Source: a virus | Reading direction: 5' to 3' (one strand) | Length of the DNA: 64,000 bases | IMG/VR virus record: IMGVR_UViG_3300045988_066341 | Shown here: piece after piece, positions 17,812-27,015 of the stretch | Layout: each line of letters begins with the position of its first letter | Position numbering within the stretch: the stretch's first letter is position 1 | The notes under the pieces: model-generated | What the model was told of the DNA's origin: nothing | Database searches by the model: none | The model's input: the letters and a program-made list of their open reading frames with translations, nothing else | Position numbers and translations under genes: made by a program

Positions 17812-18510
17812 ATGTATATAAATTTTGAACAGATGATGACATCAGGGTTAACGATGTCTGATGTCGGGTATCTTTTGATGATCCGGCAGAAAGAGGAGAT
17901 GGCTAGCGTCATTCCAAAGGAGAAAATAGATAGTTATAAAGCATCTGGTTATATCGAGCTTCAGAAGAATGGGAAGTGGAAGATAACGCCAAGGGGAGGG
18001 TCGCTGCTGATGCTGATAGAGACACCCGGCCTGACACCGGAGGTCGAGGGGATCCGGGACCGTATCGTTGGGGTATATAACGATATGGGTAAGGATACAG
18101 GAGCTATCAAGGAGGTAGAGAAACGGCTCGTATGGTTCGTGGCTAATACCAACTTCAAGGAAGAACCTATAGTAAGAGCCGTAATATCCCACATAGATCT
18201 TAAACGTGAGTATACGATGAGATTGGATAACTTGATCTGGAAACCATCAAATGTGTATAGCGTGCATATGAGTTTATCGGAATCAACGTTATTCGATACG
18301 ATCATAAAAATGTATGGCATGACGTCTGACTTGTATCTTAGGGAGAACAAGGACAAGGAGCTGGCATGGTTGTTCGCCATAAGCCGGCTTCCGGATCCCC
18401 CAAAGAGAATGGATAAGGAATACGCTATCACAGGCGATGTTAAGATGGATATCGAAAGGATATCGGATATAAAAAAAGAATTAGGTAGAAGATTGAAAAT
18501 GTCAATTTAA
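17812..18510 (+). CDS. hypothetical protein (232 aa)
   Basis: ORF track; co-oriented. Confidence 0.6.
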   Translation: MYINFEQMMTSGLTMSDVGYLLMIRQKEEMASVIPKEKIDSYKASGYIELQKNGKWKITPRGGSLLMLIETPGLTPEVEGIRDRIVGVYNDMGKDTGAIKEVEKRLVWFVANTNFKEEPIVRAVISHIDLKREYTMRLDNLIWKPSNVYSVHMSLSESTLFDTIIKMYGMTSDLYLRENKDKELAWLFAISRLPDPPKRMDKEYAITGDVKMDIERISDIKKELGRRLKMSI

Positions 18511-18511
18511 C

Positions 18512-18796
18512 ATGGAAAGAAAAGAAATTGAAAAAGTAGTCAAGGAAGTGATCTTTGAGAAGATGGGTGAATTTACGGGTTTTAATCATGCTGCCGAGAT
18601 CGATAACGAGGATGGGCTAGCGACTGACATGGCTATGGATTCCTTTGACTACGCAGAGGTGGTGATGGAAATAGAGAAAAGGATGGGTATATCTATACCT
18701 GATGAGACACTAAACATCAAACCTTATACTAAACTTACGGTAGGGGAATTTATGGATATATTATATAATTATCTAAATAATCATGGAGAGAGATAA
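18512..18796 (+). CDS. acyl carrier protein-like protein (Ser retained)
   Basis: LATDMAMDSFDYAEVVMEIEKRMGISIPDE aligns with the ACP helix II region [27 protein letters not shown]. Ser44 is the codon TCC at 18641-18643. Confidence 0.75.
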   Translation: MERKEIEKVVKEVIFEKMGEFTGFNHAAEIDNEDGLATDMAMDSFDYAEVVMEIEKRMGISIPDETLNIKPYTKLTVGEFMDILYNYLNNHGER

Positions 18797-19067
18797 AATA
18801 TTGAAACTAGCCAGAAAAGAGATATTTGAAAAAATGCATAAGTTCAATTACATTAATAATATAGAGGTAATTGATGATGTAAAAGAAGATAGTAATTTAT
18901 CATCTGATCTGGCTATGGATCCATTTGATTTATTAGAGGTGTTGATGGATATTGAAGAGAAGATTGGTATAAGGATATCGGATGATGTCTTCGGTGATAA
19001 ACCTGTTGATGAACTAACTGTAGGGATTTTTGCGGATATGTTGTATGATTGGTTTAAGAGTAAGTGA
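18783..19067 (+). CDS. acyl carrier protein-like paralogue lacking the phosphopantetheine Ser
   Basis: SSDLAMDPFDLLEVLMDIEEKIGIRISDD. Pro (CCA 18921-18923) replaces the Ser. The gene overlaps the upstream ACP-like gene by 14 nt. Confidence 0.7.
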   Translation: MERDKILKLARKEIFEKMHKFNYINNIEVIDDVKEDSNLSSDLAMDPFDLLEVLMDIEEKIGIRISDDVFGDKPVDELTVGIFADMLYDWFKSK

Positions 19068-19091
19068 TGGACTTTGGATATGATGATTGGG

Positions 19092-19114
19092 AAGAGGGGT
19101 TAGAAACCCCTCTT
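19092..19114 (+). other. perfect 10-bp inverted repeat (AAGAGGGGTT aga AACCCCTCTT)
   Basis: Read directly from the sequence. It lies after the second ACP-like gene. No U-tract follows, so it is not a canonical terminator. Confidence 0.7.
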
Positions 19115-19151
19115 GTCGATGATTGTGATGACGATCATGAGGAGGAAGAAT

Positions 19152-19574
19152 ATGATTTCAGTTAAGGAGTTAAGGCCTGGCAATCTTGTAAAAGACAAAG
19201 CTGGCGATATATGGAGAGTAGGGTGCGTTACCGGTATGCGTAATGAAAGTGGATCATTAATCCTTGAACGTGAGGTTGATGATGGGATAATGAAATGGTA
19301 TTCAGGGGAAGATGATATCATGCCTATTGAGATAGACGATAACCTTCTTGACGCTATCGGTTTCAAGAGTGACAAGAATAGGGACGTATATCGTGGACAC
19401 GGGATGACCATGGAGGTTTTTGGCGACGAGTATTATCTCGGACTTAGGGATATGGAGGATGACCTGAGCGAGCTTATCCAGATAAGGTATTTGCATAACC
19501 TACAGAATATTTCGATGGATTTATATGAGCGTGACATAAATACGGAGAGGCTTTATGATCGTTCCGGAGAATAA
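19152..19574 (+). CDS. hypothetical protein (140 aa)
   Basis: The track ORF 19113..19574 starts inside the hairpin. The in-frame ATG at 19152 is preceded by AGGAGGAAGAAT. Confidence 0.55.
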   Translation: MISVKELRPGNLVKDKAGDIWRVGCVTGMRNESGSLILEREVDDGIMKWYSGEDDIMPIEIDDNLLDAIGFKSDKNRDVYRGHGMTMEVFGDEYYLGLRDMEDDLSELIQIRYLHNLQNISMDLYERDINTERLYDRSGE

Positions 19575-20580
19575 CTTGCTATGTAAGACCATAGGCGGTG
19601 AGAAGGTGCTTGCCGCATCCTACTCACAGATAGACACGTTTGTCCAATGTCCGTATAAGTGGTATAAGACTTACGTGGAGGGTCACAGATCCACGGAGAA
19701 GCACGAGGCTACGTCATATGGTACGGTTATCCACCAGACAATGGAGTATTTCTTCAAGAACGGATGTAGACCTTCTTATGAGGATATGAGTAAGGCTTTC
19801 AATTACTATGCGGATATAGAGAAGATTCCTTTTGATAGCGTAAAATCCCAGATCGAGTCTATGCAACATGCGGCTAGGTTAATAAGATGGATTGTGGGGT
19901 TGTTTGAGAAGGATGCCGCTGGCAATTATAAGAAGACGTGGTCCGATCTTACGCCAATGGAGAAGGTGATCCGGGGGTCGAGACCGGCCGGCGTGGAGGA
20001 GGGCTTCGTCCTGCCCTATAAGCTGCCCAAGCCCCTTACCTTGGATGGCGTGACGTACGATAAGGTACATATCATAGGATCGGTGGACTGGCGTGGAGAG
20101 TATAAGACAAAAGACAGGATAGCTATGTATACGATAGACTGGAAGTCCGGGAGAAAGTTATTCGATGAGGATAAGCTGCTTCACAATCTCCAGCATCCGA
20201 TATACGCCTTTTACATACTCAGAAAATATAAGGTATTGCCGGATATGTGCAGCTATTTCTTTACCCGCATGCTGGACAATCAGAACGTGAAGGTAGATAA
20301 GGAGAAAGTAGAGAGATCGGTCAAGGAACTTAACGATATTCTCCTTGACATGTATGATTTCGAGACAAATAAAATAGATAGCTATCAAGCTCACGTTTGG
20401 GACGACGCCAAACAGGGGTATAAGTACGAGAAGCGCTACCTCATGGGACGCCAGCCGGCCTGCCTTGAACCCCGCCCCAAGCCCTTGTGTTTTTGGTGCG
20501 ATTTCTCGATCCACAAACAAGGGACATGCAGGTACTCATCGGATTGGGATGATTCAAAAAGAAAGAATAAAAAAGATTAA
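19555..20580 (+). CDS. Cas4/RecB-like PD-(D/E)XK exonuclease with four-Cys pattern
   Basis: N-terminal VQCPYKWY. Core motifs are SVDW...IDWKSG...QHPIYAFY. C-terminal CFWCDFSIHKQGTC. Confidence 0.75.
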   Translation: MIVPENNLLCKTIGGEKVLAASYSQIDTFVQCPYKWYKTYVEGHRSTEKHEATSYGTVIHQTMEYFFKNGCRPSYEDMSKAFNYYADIEKIPFDSVKSQIESMQHAARLIRWIVGLFEKDAAGNYKKTWSDLTPMEKVIRGSRPAGVEEGFVLPYKLPKPLTLDGVTYDKVHIIGSVDWRGEYKTKDRIAMYTIDWKSGRKLFDEDKLLHNLQHPIYAFYILRKYKVLPDMCSYFFTRMLDNQNVKVDKEKVERSVKELNDILLDMYDFETNKIDSYQAHVWDDAKQGYKYEKRYLMGRQPACLEPRPKPLCFWCDFSIHKQGTCRYSSDWDDSKRKNKKD

Positions 20581-20590
20581 CTTTATTAAA

Positions 20591-20614
20591 AAGCCTAGGT
20601 AAATATCTAGGCTT
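20591..20614 (+). terminator. hairpin AAGCCTAG-gtaaatat-CTAGGCTT after the nuclease gene
   Basis: 8-bp stem 11 nt after the stop, followed by TAATTA. The U-tract is weak. Confidence 0.45.
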
Positions 20615-20618
20615 TAAT

Positions 20619-20626
20619 TATATTTG
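20619..20626 (+). promoter_or_regulatory. Bacteroidota-type -7 box TATATTTG
   Basis: Immediately after the hairpin and 13 nt before ATG 20640 (19 nt before ATG 20646). Confidence 0.5.
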
Positions 20627-20639
20627 TGTCAATAAATAA

Positions 20640-21236
20640 ATGATTATGGATAAAAACGAAAGAGAAAAACAGGTATTGGATCTTCTGATGTCTAGAAAGG
20701 ATATCAGGAAATTGGTAGAGAAATCAAATGAATGTTATTCTAAAATGGATTTCGTTGGCGCCATGAAATGCCGGCAGGAGATAAAGGATATCGTAGACCG
20801 GGAATCGAAGATCATGTTGACAAAAAGCGAGTCTTTGGTGAGTTTGATGAACAACGCTGATAATGAATATAAATTCAATATGCTGGTATGGCTACATTCC
20901 ATGATGTGTATGGCAGATGTGTTTAACGGGATATTGGAGGATTTCAAGGATGGGGTAAGGAAAGCCAATGGCAACTCTAAGTTCGTTAAATTCGATAATC
21001 TGGATCGGTTGATGACGGAATGCAAGAAGGAGATTGATTACCTAATGAAAGGTACAAGTAAATCGTTTCAGATATCTTTCGCCGTAAGAAGCGATGAGTT
21101 AAGGGAGATGATAGAGAATATGGTTGGAGACAATATCCGAGAAGGGTATGACATATTCAAGGAAGAGGCTAAGATGACCAAAGAGACAGACAGGAGCAAG
21201 ATAGAGGAATTTAATAAAAGGCTGGACCATGAGTAA
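20640..21236 (+). CDS. hypothetical protein (198 aa)
   Basis: ORF track. Confidence 0.6.
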   Translation: MIMDKNEREKQVLDLLMSRKDIRKLVEKSNECYSKMDFVGAMKCRQEIKDIVDRESKIMLTKSESLVSLMNNADNEYKFNMLVWLHSMMCMADVFNGILEDFKDGVRKANGNSKFVKFDNLDRLMTECKKEIDYLMKGTSKSFQISFAVRSDELREMIENMVGDNIREGYDIFKEEAKMTKETDRSKIEEFNKRLDHE

Positions 21237-21408
21237 ATTTGATGTAAAGATAGGTGATATAGTTCATACCCAGATAGGGATAGGAGAGGTGATAGCCATA
21301 AGCAAGACCAAAAAGACTTTGATGGTAAAAATGGACGATGGCCGGGAATGTGCGATAAGACTAGAGTACGTGAAAGACGTTTTTGATAACTACAGAGATG
21401 ACATATAA
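21229..21408 (+). CDS. hypothetical small protein (59 aa, below ORF-track cutoff)
   Basis: Read by eye: MSKFDVKIGDIVHTQIGIGEVIAIS... It overlaps both neighbours at stop/start and fills an otherwise empty 146-nt gap. Confidence 0.45.
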   Translation: MSKFDVKIGDIVHTQIGIGEVIAISKTKKTLMVKMDDGRECAIRLEYVKDVFDNYRDDI

Positions 21409-22858
21409 ATTAAGGCCATATCAAGAGGAGTGTGTTAAAAGTATCTCCGATTACATAAACTCTGATAGACATGATCCGGTATTGATCATAGGTCCTGTAG
21501 GTTGCGGTAAGTCACTTCTGATAGCAGAAGCGGCTAGATTGATGGGAGATAAGACGCTGATTTTACAACCATCAAAAGAATTGCTGCAACAGAACCACGA
21601 CAAGATAACGTCGTATGGCATACCGGCTACCATCTACTCCGCTTCCTGTGGCAAGAAAGAGCTATCTAACATGATATATGCCACGTTAGGATCTATCAAG
21701 AAAGTTGTTGGTCAGCTTAAGGAGATGGGAATCAGAAACGTATTGATAGATGAGGCTCATGCCGGATACAGTCCTGAGGATGGCAGTGAGTTCATGACAT
21801 TCATGAATGAGCTGAAGCCGAGAAAGGTGATAGGGTTTACAGCCACGCCATGTAGACTTAAAAACATGTCGATAGGACAGACATCATATTCCCAACTTAA
21901 TTTCATCACTCGTATGAGACCGGTGTATTTCAAGAATCTGATTCACGTGATACAGGTAGAGGAGATGATAAGGCAAGGATTTTGGACGCCTCTTAAGTAT
22001 GAGACATGGGATTTCAATGGAGATGCCCTTAAACTCAATTCTAACGGCTCCGAATATACGGCTGAGTCTATTAGTGAGGCGGTGAGAAAAAATGGCTTAA
22101 ACAACCTTATTTTGCGTCGATTGATGGTATTAAAAGACGTATGTAGATCTATACTGGTGTTTATGGATTCTGTTGAGAGCTGCAATACTGCCGCCGAATG
22201 GATGAACGCCAAGATATGTGCCGGCATGGCGGAGGTGGTTCACGGAGGCACGCCAAAGAAGCAGCGGGAGGCTATAGTTGAGAGGTTCAAGTCGGGTAAG
22301 ACGAAGGTAGTGTTCAACTATTCCGCCCTCGGTACGGGATTCGATCATCCGGGTCTGGACTGCGTGATAGTAGGAAGACCGACATTTTCGTTCTCTTCGT
22401 TTTATCAGTGGCTTGGCAGGGCGGTCAGGATAAAGGACGGTAAAGGCAGCGCATTAGTCGTTGATTGTTGCAACAACTCGTCAAGGTTCGGCGATATAAG
22501 GAAACTTAGTATAGAGAACTACAAAGGATATGGATGGGGGATGTTTATCGGCGATAGACTAATTACCAATATCCCGATGGGAGATAAGGTAACGAAAACG
22601 GATCTGGATATCAAAGCCGCCAAGAAAGACCGAAGGAGGGGGCTGGCGCAGGGCATTACCGCCTCCCCTGTACCCGGGAGGCCGGATCATCCCCTTGGCT
22701 CTACGGTAATAACATTCGGGAAATATTGTGGGTGGATGTTGCATTCGATCCCAGTATCGTACCTCAAATTCATAAACGAGACATTTGACCGGGATAATGA
22801 TAGGAACAAGGATATAAAAGAATACATAGATTTTTTAATCAAAAACAACAGATTATGA
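21398..22858 (+). CDS. SF2 DEAH-box helicase with C-terminal DUF3820-like tail
   Basis: Motifs are LRPYQ, GPVGCGKS, LIDEAH, TATP and QWLGRAVR. The tail FGKYCGWMLHSIPVSYLKFI resembles DUF3820. The start was moved from TTG 21383 to ATG 21398. Confidence 0.85.
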   Translation: MTYKLRPYQEECVKSISDYINSDRHDPVLIIGPVGCGKSLLIAEAARLMGDKTLILQPSKELLQQNHDKITSYGIPATIYSASCGKKELSNMIYATLGSIKKVVGQLKEMGIRNVLIDEAHAGYSPEDGSEFMTFMNELKPRKVIGFTATPCRLKNMSIGQTSYSQLNFITRMRPVYFKNLIHVIQVEEMIRQGFWTPLKYETWDFNGDALKLNSNGSEYTAESISEAVRKNGLNNLILRRLMVLKDVCRSILVFMDSVESCNTAAEWMNAKICAGMAEVVHGGTPKKQREAIVERFKSGKTKVVFNYSALGTGFDHPGLDCVIVGRPTFSFSSFYQWLGRAVRIKDGKGSALVVDCCNNSSRFGDIRKLSIENYKGYGWGMFIGDRLITNIPMGDKVTKTDLDIKAAKKDRRRGLAQGITASPVPGRPDHPLGSTVITFGKYCGWMLHSIPVSYLKFINETFDRDNDRNKDIKEYIDFLIKNNRL

Positions 22859-23721
22859 CAGGATGTATATATCATGAGGCTGATCTTGACGGAGTAATGT
22901 CAGCGGCTATAGTAAAAAAGTATCTCAAAGGGGACATTGATCTTCTTCCTTACAATTACGGCAAGGAAATACCTGACGTGAATAAATATGATAAGGTGTT
23001 TGTAGTTGACGTGTCATTTGGAAACAGAACAAGATTCCTTTTCGATGAGTGGAAAGAGAAAGGTATAGATGTCGTATGGATAGACCATCATAAGACCGCC
23101 ATAGACGATATGAGGGATTACGAGGTAAAGGGCAAGAGGCGTATCGGGGCGGCGGCCTGTGAGCTTACGTGGGAATATCTTTTCGATGACATCAAAACTC
23201 CTAATGTGGTAGAATTATTGAGTGCTTATGATGTATGGGATCACGACCGGTTCGAGTGGAGTGATGTCATGGCGTTCCAGTACGGGATGAGGGGATATTG
23301 CGGTCTTGATGTAAACATTGTTAAGGATGTACTAGATAAAGCCGATAACAACTTAGTGAATGATATGATAAATAACGGGGAGGCTATAATAGAGTATATA
23401 GTAGAGAAAAACAGAGGGGAGATGAATATGTTCTCATTCGAGGCAGATATATTTGGATACAAGGCGATATGTATGAATACTACGGAGTTTAACTCCACCA
23501 CATTCGAGTCCATGTACGATCCTAGAAAACATGATTTGATGATGCCATTTTGCTGGAACGGCAGATTCTTCAGATGCTCGTTCTATACCACCAAGGAGGA
23601 GGTGGATGTCTCGGCGCTGGCACGCAAGGTCAACCCCGGCGGCGGCGGTCATAAGGCGGCGGCAGGCTTCCAGCTTAGCGCAGAGGATATGATGGAGTTC
23701 CTAAAGACAAAGAAAATGTGA
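22855..23721 (+). CDS. DHH/DHHA1-family phosphoesterase (RecJ/NrnA-like)
   Basis: Motifs are YHEADLDG, VVDVS, WIDHHKT and the C-terminal GGGHKAAAGF. ATGA-coupled to the helicase gene. Confidence 0.85.
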   Translation: MTGCIYHEADLDGVMSAAIVKKYLKGDIDLLPYNYGKEIPDVNKYDKVFVVDVSFGNRTRFLFDEWKEKGIDVVWIDHHKTAIDDMRDYEVKGKRRIGAAACELTWEYLFDDIKTPNVVELLSAYDVWDHDRFEWSDVMAFQYGMRGYCGLDVNIVKDVLDKADNNLVNDMINNGEAIIEYIVEKNRGEMNMFSFEADIFGYKAICMNTTEFNSTTFESMYDPRKHDLMMPFCWNGRFFRCSFYTTKEEVDVSALARKVNPGGGGHKAAAGFQLSAEDMMEFLKTKKM

Positions 23722-23722
23722 T

Positions 23723-24091
23723 ATGATATGGGTCTTGCTTAGTATGGCAGTGATTATGTTATCCATAGCTGTAATGGTGAAAGGTTGGGATGATTTACAT
23801 GAAGGTATGTTCCACGGAGGATTAATTATGATAGCTATAGGAATAATATCAATATCTGCATCAATATTTTATATGAATGAAGGAAATATTAAAAATATGG
23901 AGAATATGAAAAACGTATATAAGTTCAAAAAACTTAGCAAAATGAAGCTAGACGATTACGGCTTCGGTTTATTCGAGTACAATGGCGTTCTTTATTTCAA
24001 GGAGGCAGATGAAGGGAGATGCTTTGATGTAAGGAGCGGGAATGAGGCTATTATCGGAAAAGATAAGATTATAATGACCTTGGAGGATTGA
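23723..24091 (+). CDS. membrane protein (two N-terminal hydrophobic helices)
   Basis: Hydrophobic segments IWVLLSMAVIMLSIAVMV and GGLIMIAIGIISISASIFY. Confidence 0.55.
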   Translation: MIWVLLSMAVIMLSIAVMVKGWDDLHEGMFHGGLIMIAIGIISISASIFYMNEGNIKNMENMKNVYKFKKLSKMKLDDYGFGLFEYNGVLYFKEADEGRCFDVRSGNEAIIGKDKIIMTLED

Positions 24092-24315
24092 TTATGAGAA
24101 AGCTTGACGACACCAATAGGACAAGAAAGAGAAGCGTGCGGCACTCGTGGGTAAAAGCAGGTCCGGGGATCCAACGCTGCGCTATTTGTGGGATCACGAA
24201 GCGAAGTGAGTATATAGACGGGAAGACCGTTCATTGCGTGCATCTATCATCTGGTGAGCTTTACTCTATGACAGGTGAGACGCCAGAATGCAGGGATCTT
24301 AGTGAATTTTATTAA
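24088..24315 (+). CDS. small zinc-ribbon-like protein (75 aa)
   Basis: ORF track; CAICG...HCVH pattern. Confidence 0.5.
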   Translation: MIMRKLDDTNRTRKRSVRHSWVKAGPGIQRCAICGITKRSEYIDGKTVHCVHLSSGELYSMTGETPECRDLSEFY

Positions 24316-24331
24316 TCTAAATTACGAAAAT

Positions 24332-24637
24332 ATGACATGGTATAATACTTACGAGGAGATAAAAGCCAAATATCCGGATACTGTTTTTGAGGAATATTGG
24401 TTGGTAGAAGAAGATGTCGCTAAATTAATGGGGCATGAACCTATTATAAAAGGATGGACTATAATCAAAAATGATCCTAATATAGATAGCAACATTATAT
24501 CTAGTAACAAATCAAATATCAATGCTATTGAAGCCGATAAAAATGAGGGCGATGAGCGCAATATATTGTTGCATATTGGGATATTATCCCCATTTAATGA
24601 TGATCCAGTAATAATAATAAAACAAAAAGGAGTTTAA
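24332..24637 (+). CDS. hypothetical protein (101 aa)
   Basis: The track ORF 24275..24637 overlaps the upstream gene. The in-frame ATG at 24332 does not. Confidence 0.5.
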   Translation: MTWYNTYEEIKAKYPDTVFEEYWLVEEDVAKLMGHEPIIKGWTIIKNDPNIDSNIISSNKSNINAIEADKNEGDERNILLHIGILSPFNDDPVIIIKQKGV

Positions 24638-24638
24638 A

Positions 24639-25271
24639 ATGAAGGAGGAATTTTATAAGTATCAAAAGGTGGTCTATGATGGCGATGTGTTTGAGGTAGT
24701 TGAGACCGCTGATAAAAGTGGAAGAATGAGAATCAGACTATGGTCGGATGAAGTAGATGAGATTATTTGGGTTGATGAGGAGATGGTCGTATCATTAGGT
24801 AGAGCTATTAAGTTAAAACTTATTAATGAGGAAAAGGTAGACAATGTAAACGCTTACGATCTTTCCCGTTTCAATAATATTAATAGTGCATCCATCATTA
24901 AAGCCCACCAAGAGGAGGTAGCCAGGGCATGTAAGACTGCCGTAGGGAAAGACGGTAGCGGGAAGGACGACCGGGCCGACGGTAAACTCCGGTGGGATCT
25001 CCTTCCTTTGGCTGAGATAGAGGACATCGTGAGGGTATATACGGAAGGTGCCAAGAAGTACGCTGATAACTCATGGCAGGATATACCTGATGGGTTCAAT
25101 CGTTATCTAGGTGCACTCATGAGACACTTGGTCGCTTATACGAAAGGGGAGAGATATGATAAGGAGGGATTCATGCATCTATCCGCCGTATGCTGGAATG
25201 CCATAGCGTTATTATATTACGATAAACATAACAAAGGGCTTATAGAATGGAAGAGTCAGGAAAAAGAGTAA
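24639..25271 (+). CDS. protein with DUF5664-like (dATP/dGTP diphosphohydrolase N-terminal-like) domain
   Basis: GKLRWDLLPLAEIEDIVRVYTEGAKKYADNSWQ...LMRHLVAY...HLSAVCWNAIALLYY matches my recollection of that phage domain. Confidence 0.6.
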   Translation: MKEEFYKYQKVVYDGDVFEVVETADKSGRMRIRLWSDEVDEIIWVDEEMVVSLGRAIKLKLINEEKVDNVNAYDLSRFNNINSASIIKAHQEEVARACKTAVGKDGSGKDDRADGKLRWDLLPLAEIEDIVRVYTEGAKKYADNSWQDIPDGFNRYLGALMRHLVAYTKGERYDKEGFMHLSAVCWNAIALLYYDKHNKGLIEWKSQEKE

Positions 25272-25582
25272 AAAGAGTAGTAGATGAGGGATTAAGAGCT
25301 ATCGACAAAAGAACGGGTAAATACGTTAATGTAATCAAGCGCACTATTGATGATAGCCTATTCCCGATAGTTAAGTATCTCAGTTACAGTTATAATGAAT
25401 TAAATTATGATTATGTAAAGAATCTGAATTTTGATGTAAACGTAAATTGGGAGCAGCGTAGATATCAGATTGTTAAGGATTTATTATCTAACAATTTCGA
25501 TGGGAGAAAGATGAGTATAGATGAGGTAGATAACGCTATATTTACAGCGGATTTAATTATTAACAGATTAAAAACTATTTAA
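25247..25582 (+). CDS. hypothetical protein (111 aa)
   Basis: ORF track. Confidence 0.5.
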   Translation: MEESGKRVKRVVDEGLRAIDKRTGKYVNVIKRTIDDSLFPIVKYLSYSYNELNYDYVKNLNFDVNVNWEQRRYQIVKDLLSNNFDGRKMSIDEVDNAIFTADLIINRLKTI

Positions 25583-25583
25583 A

Positions 25584-25859
25584 ATGGTAAGAATCGATTT
25601 CTTTACGAAGAAAGACGCTGAATACAGCGACTACATGCGATATATTATCGCCAACACATTACAGGAGTATGAGGGTGAGGTTACGTTGAACCAGATCCCG
25701 GAGAACAAGGCCACGGAGGAGGAAATATCCAAGTACGGTATAGAGGTATACCCTACTATTATCATCAGTGGAGATAATATGGATGGCTTTAACAAACTTG
25801 AGGGGATGGCCAGAAAGGCTGATCTTATTAACGTCATGTCATTATACGATAAGAAATAG
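25584..25859 (+). CDS. glutaredoxin/thioredoxin-fold-like protein without CxxC
   Basis: IDFFTKKDAEYSD occupies the position where CPxC is expected. The VYPTIIISG cis-Pro region is retained. Confidence 0.45.
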   Translation: MVRIDFFTKKDAEYSDYMRYIIANTLQEYEGEVTLNQIPENKATEEEISKYGIEVYPTIIISGDNMDGFNKLEGMARKADLINVMSLYDKK

Positions 25860-25863
25860 GCTC

Positions 25864-27009
25864 ATGACGCTAAGGGATAAATATTTTGGCTGGAAGGATA
25901 TATTCTTTAGCAGGTTCGTGCATTGCGATAATGAAGAAAACGACCAACCACAGGGGAGTAATATACCTCTAGCCAAAATAAACTTCGATAACAAGACAGG
26001 ATATGTGGAGGACGGGACTATTAATATAGCCGAGCTTCTTCAATATCTTTGGATAAATAATAAGGTCTATGGGTGTGAATATGCGCCCATAGATATATCT
26101 TCCGCCTTGCAAACATTGATCAGATTGACCGAGAACGCTAAACATATGTTTGAGGATCAACCGGGTGTATATGACATGATCCCATATAGAGGGTTTTTTC
26201 TTAGAGATGATTTTTCATCCGGGAAAGATTATTCACTTGATTTGGATAAAATAGTGAGCGGGATGGGAGGATGGTATGGGGAGGATGAGGATCCATGCTA
26301 CTCGATGTTCGTCAGCCAAGATCAGATATGGAACTTGAACCCGATATTGAAGGTATTAGCTGATGAAGGATCTATTCTAGCCAAAGAACTTGGGTATGAT
26401 ATGAACTCATATGTCAGCGACAATGGATATACGATATACAACCCCTACCTCTCGTGGATCAATCATTACTATCATTATTGCCCGACATTTAACGAGGATA
26501 AATTAAAGCCTTGGGATAGAGTAGAGGATAGGAAAAATAAGTTCAAGATGACGGATAAGGTCAAGAGAGGTGCCAATAATTGGTACTATTCAGGCGGGAC
26601 TATATCTTGCGTAGATAGCTTCTTAGGGAAGAAATACAGGAAGAATCTCCGAACCTTTATCTATCGTGGAATAGTATTCTTCCTTGACCGGATATGGCAT
26701 ACGCCTTTATTTGAGAGGATGGGCGTGAAAATGAAATACAACGCTTATTATTGTTATGCCGCTACTTCCGGGATATGGTATGATAATGGATTCAAGGAAA
26801 GACTAGCCAAGAGGTTTAACAAGTCGCTGGGCGGCGACGGGGAACTGTTCGGGGCTAACCTAGCCTGCATGGTATGTGACCGTAAGGATATCGATTGGGA
26901 AGCGCTTCGTCTTTGGCTTGACAAATACGATGATCCTACTGATAAGGGCATGGTGAATAGCCCTATTCAATTCATGTATTTATATTTATATTACACTTTT
27001 AACAAATAA
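25864..27009 (+). CDS. hypothetical protein (381 aa)
   Basis: The track ORF 25768..27009 overlaps the upstream gene. The in-frame ATG at 25864 follows the upstream stop. Confidence 0.6.
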   Translation: MTLRDKYFGWKDIFFSRFVHCDNEENDQPQGSNIPLAKINFDNKTGYVEDGTINIAELLQYLWINNKVYGCEYAPIDISSALQTLIRLTENAKHMFEDQPGVYDMIPYRGFFLRDDFSSGKDYSLDLDKIVSGMGGWYGEDEDPCYSMFVSQDQIWNLNPILKVLADEGSILAKELGYDMNSYVSDNGYTIYNPYLSWINHYYHYCPTFNEDKLKPWDRVEDRKNKFKMTDKVKRGANNWYYSGGTISCVDSFLGKKYRKNLRTFIYRGIVFFLDRIWHTPLFERMGVKMKYNAYYCYAATSGIWYDNGFKERLAKRFNKSLGGDGELFGANLACMVCDRKDIDWEALRLWLDKYDDPTDKGMVNSPIQFMYLYLYYTFNK

Positions 27010-27015
27010 TTTGAA

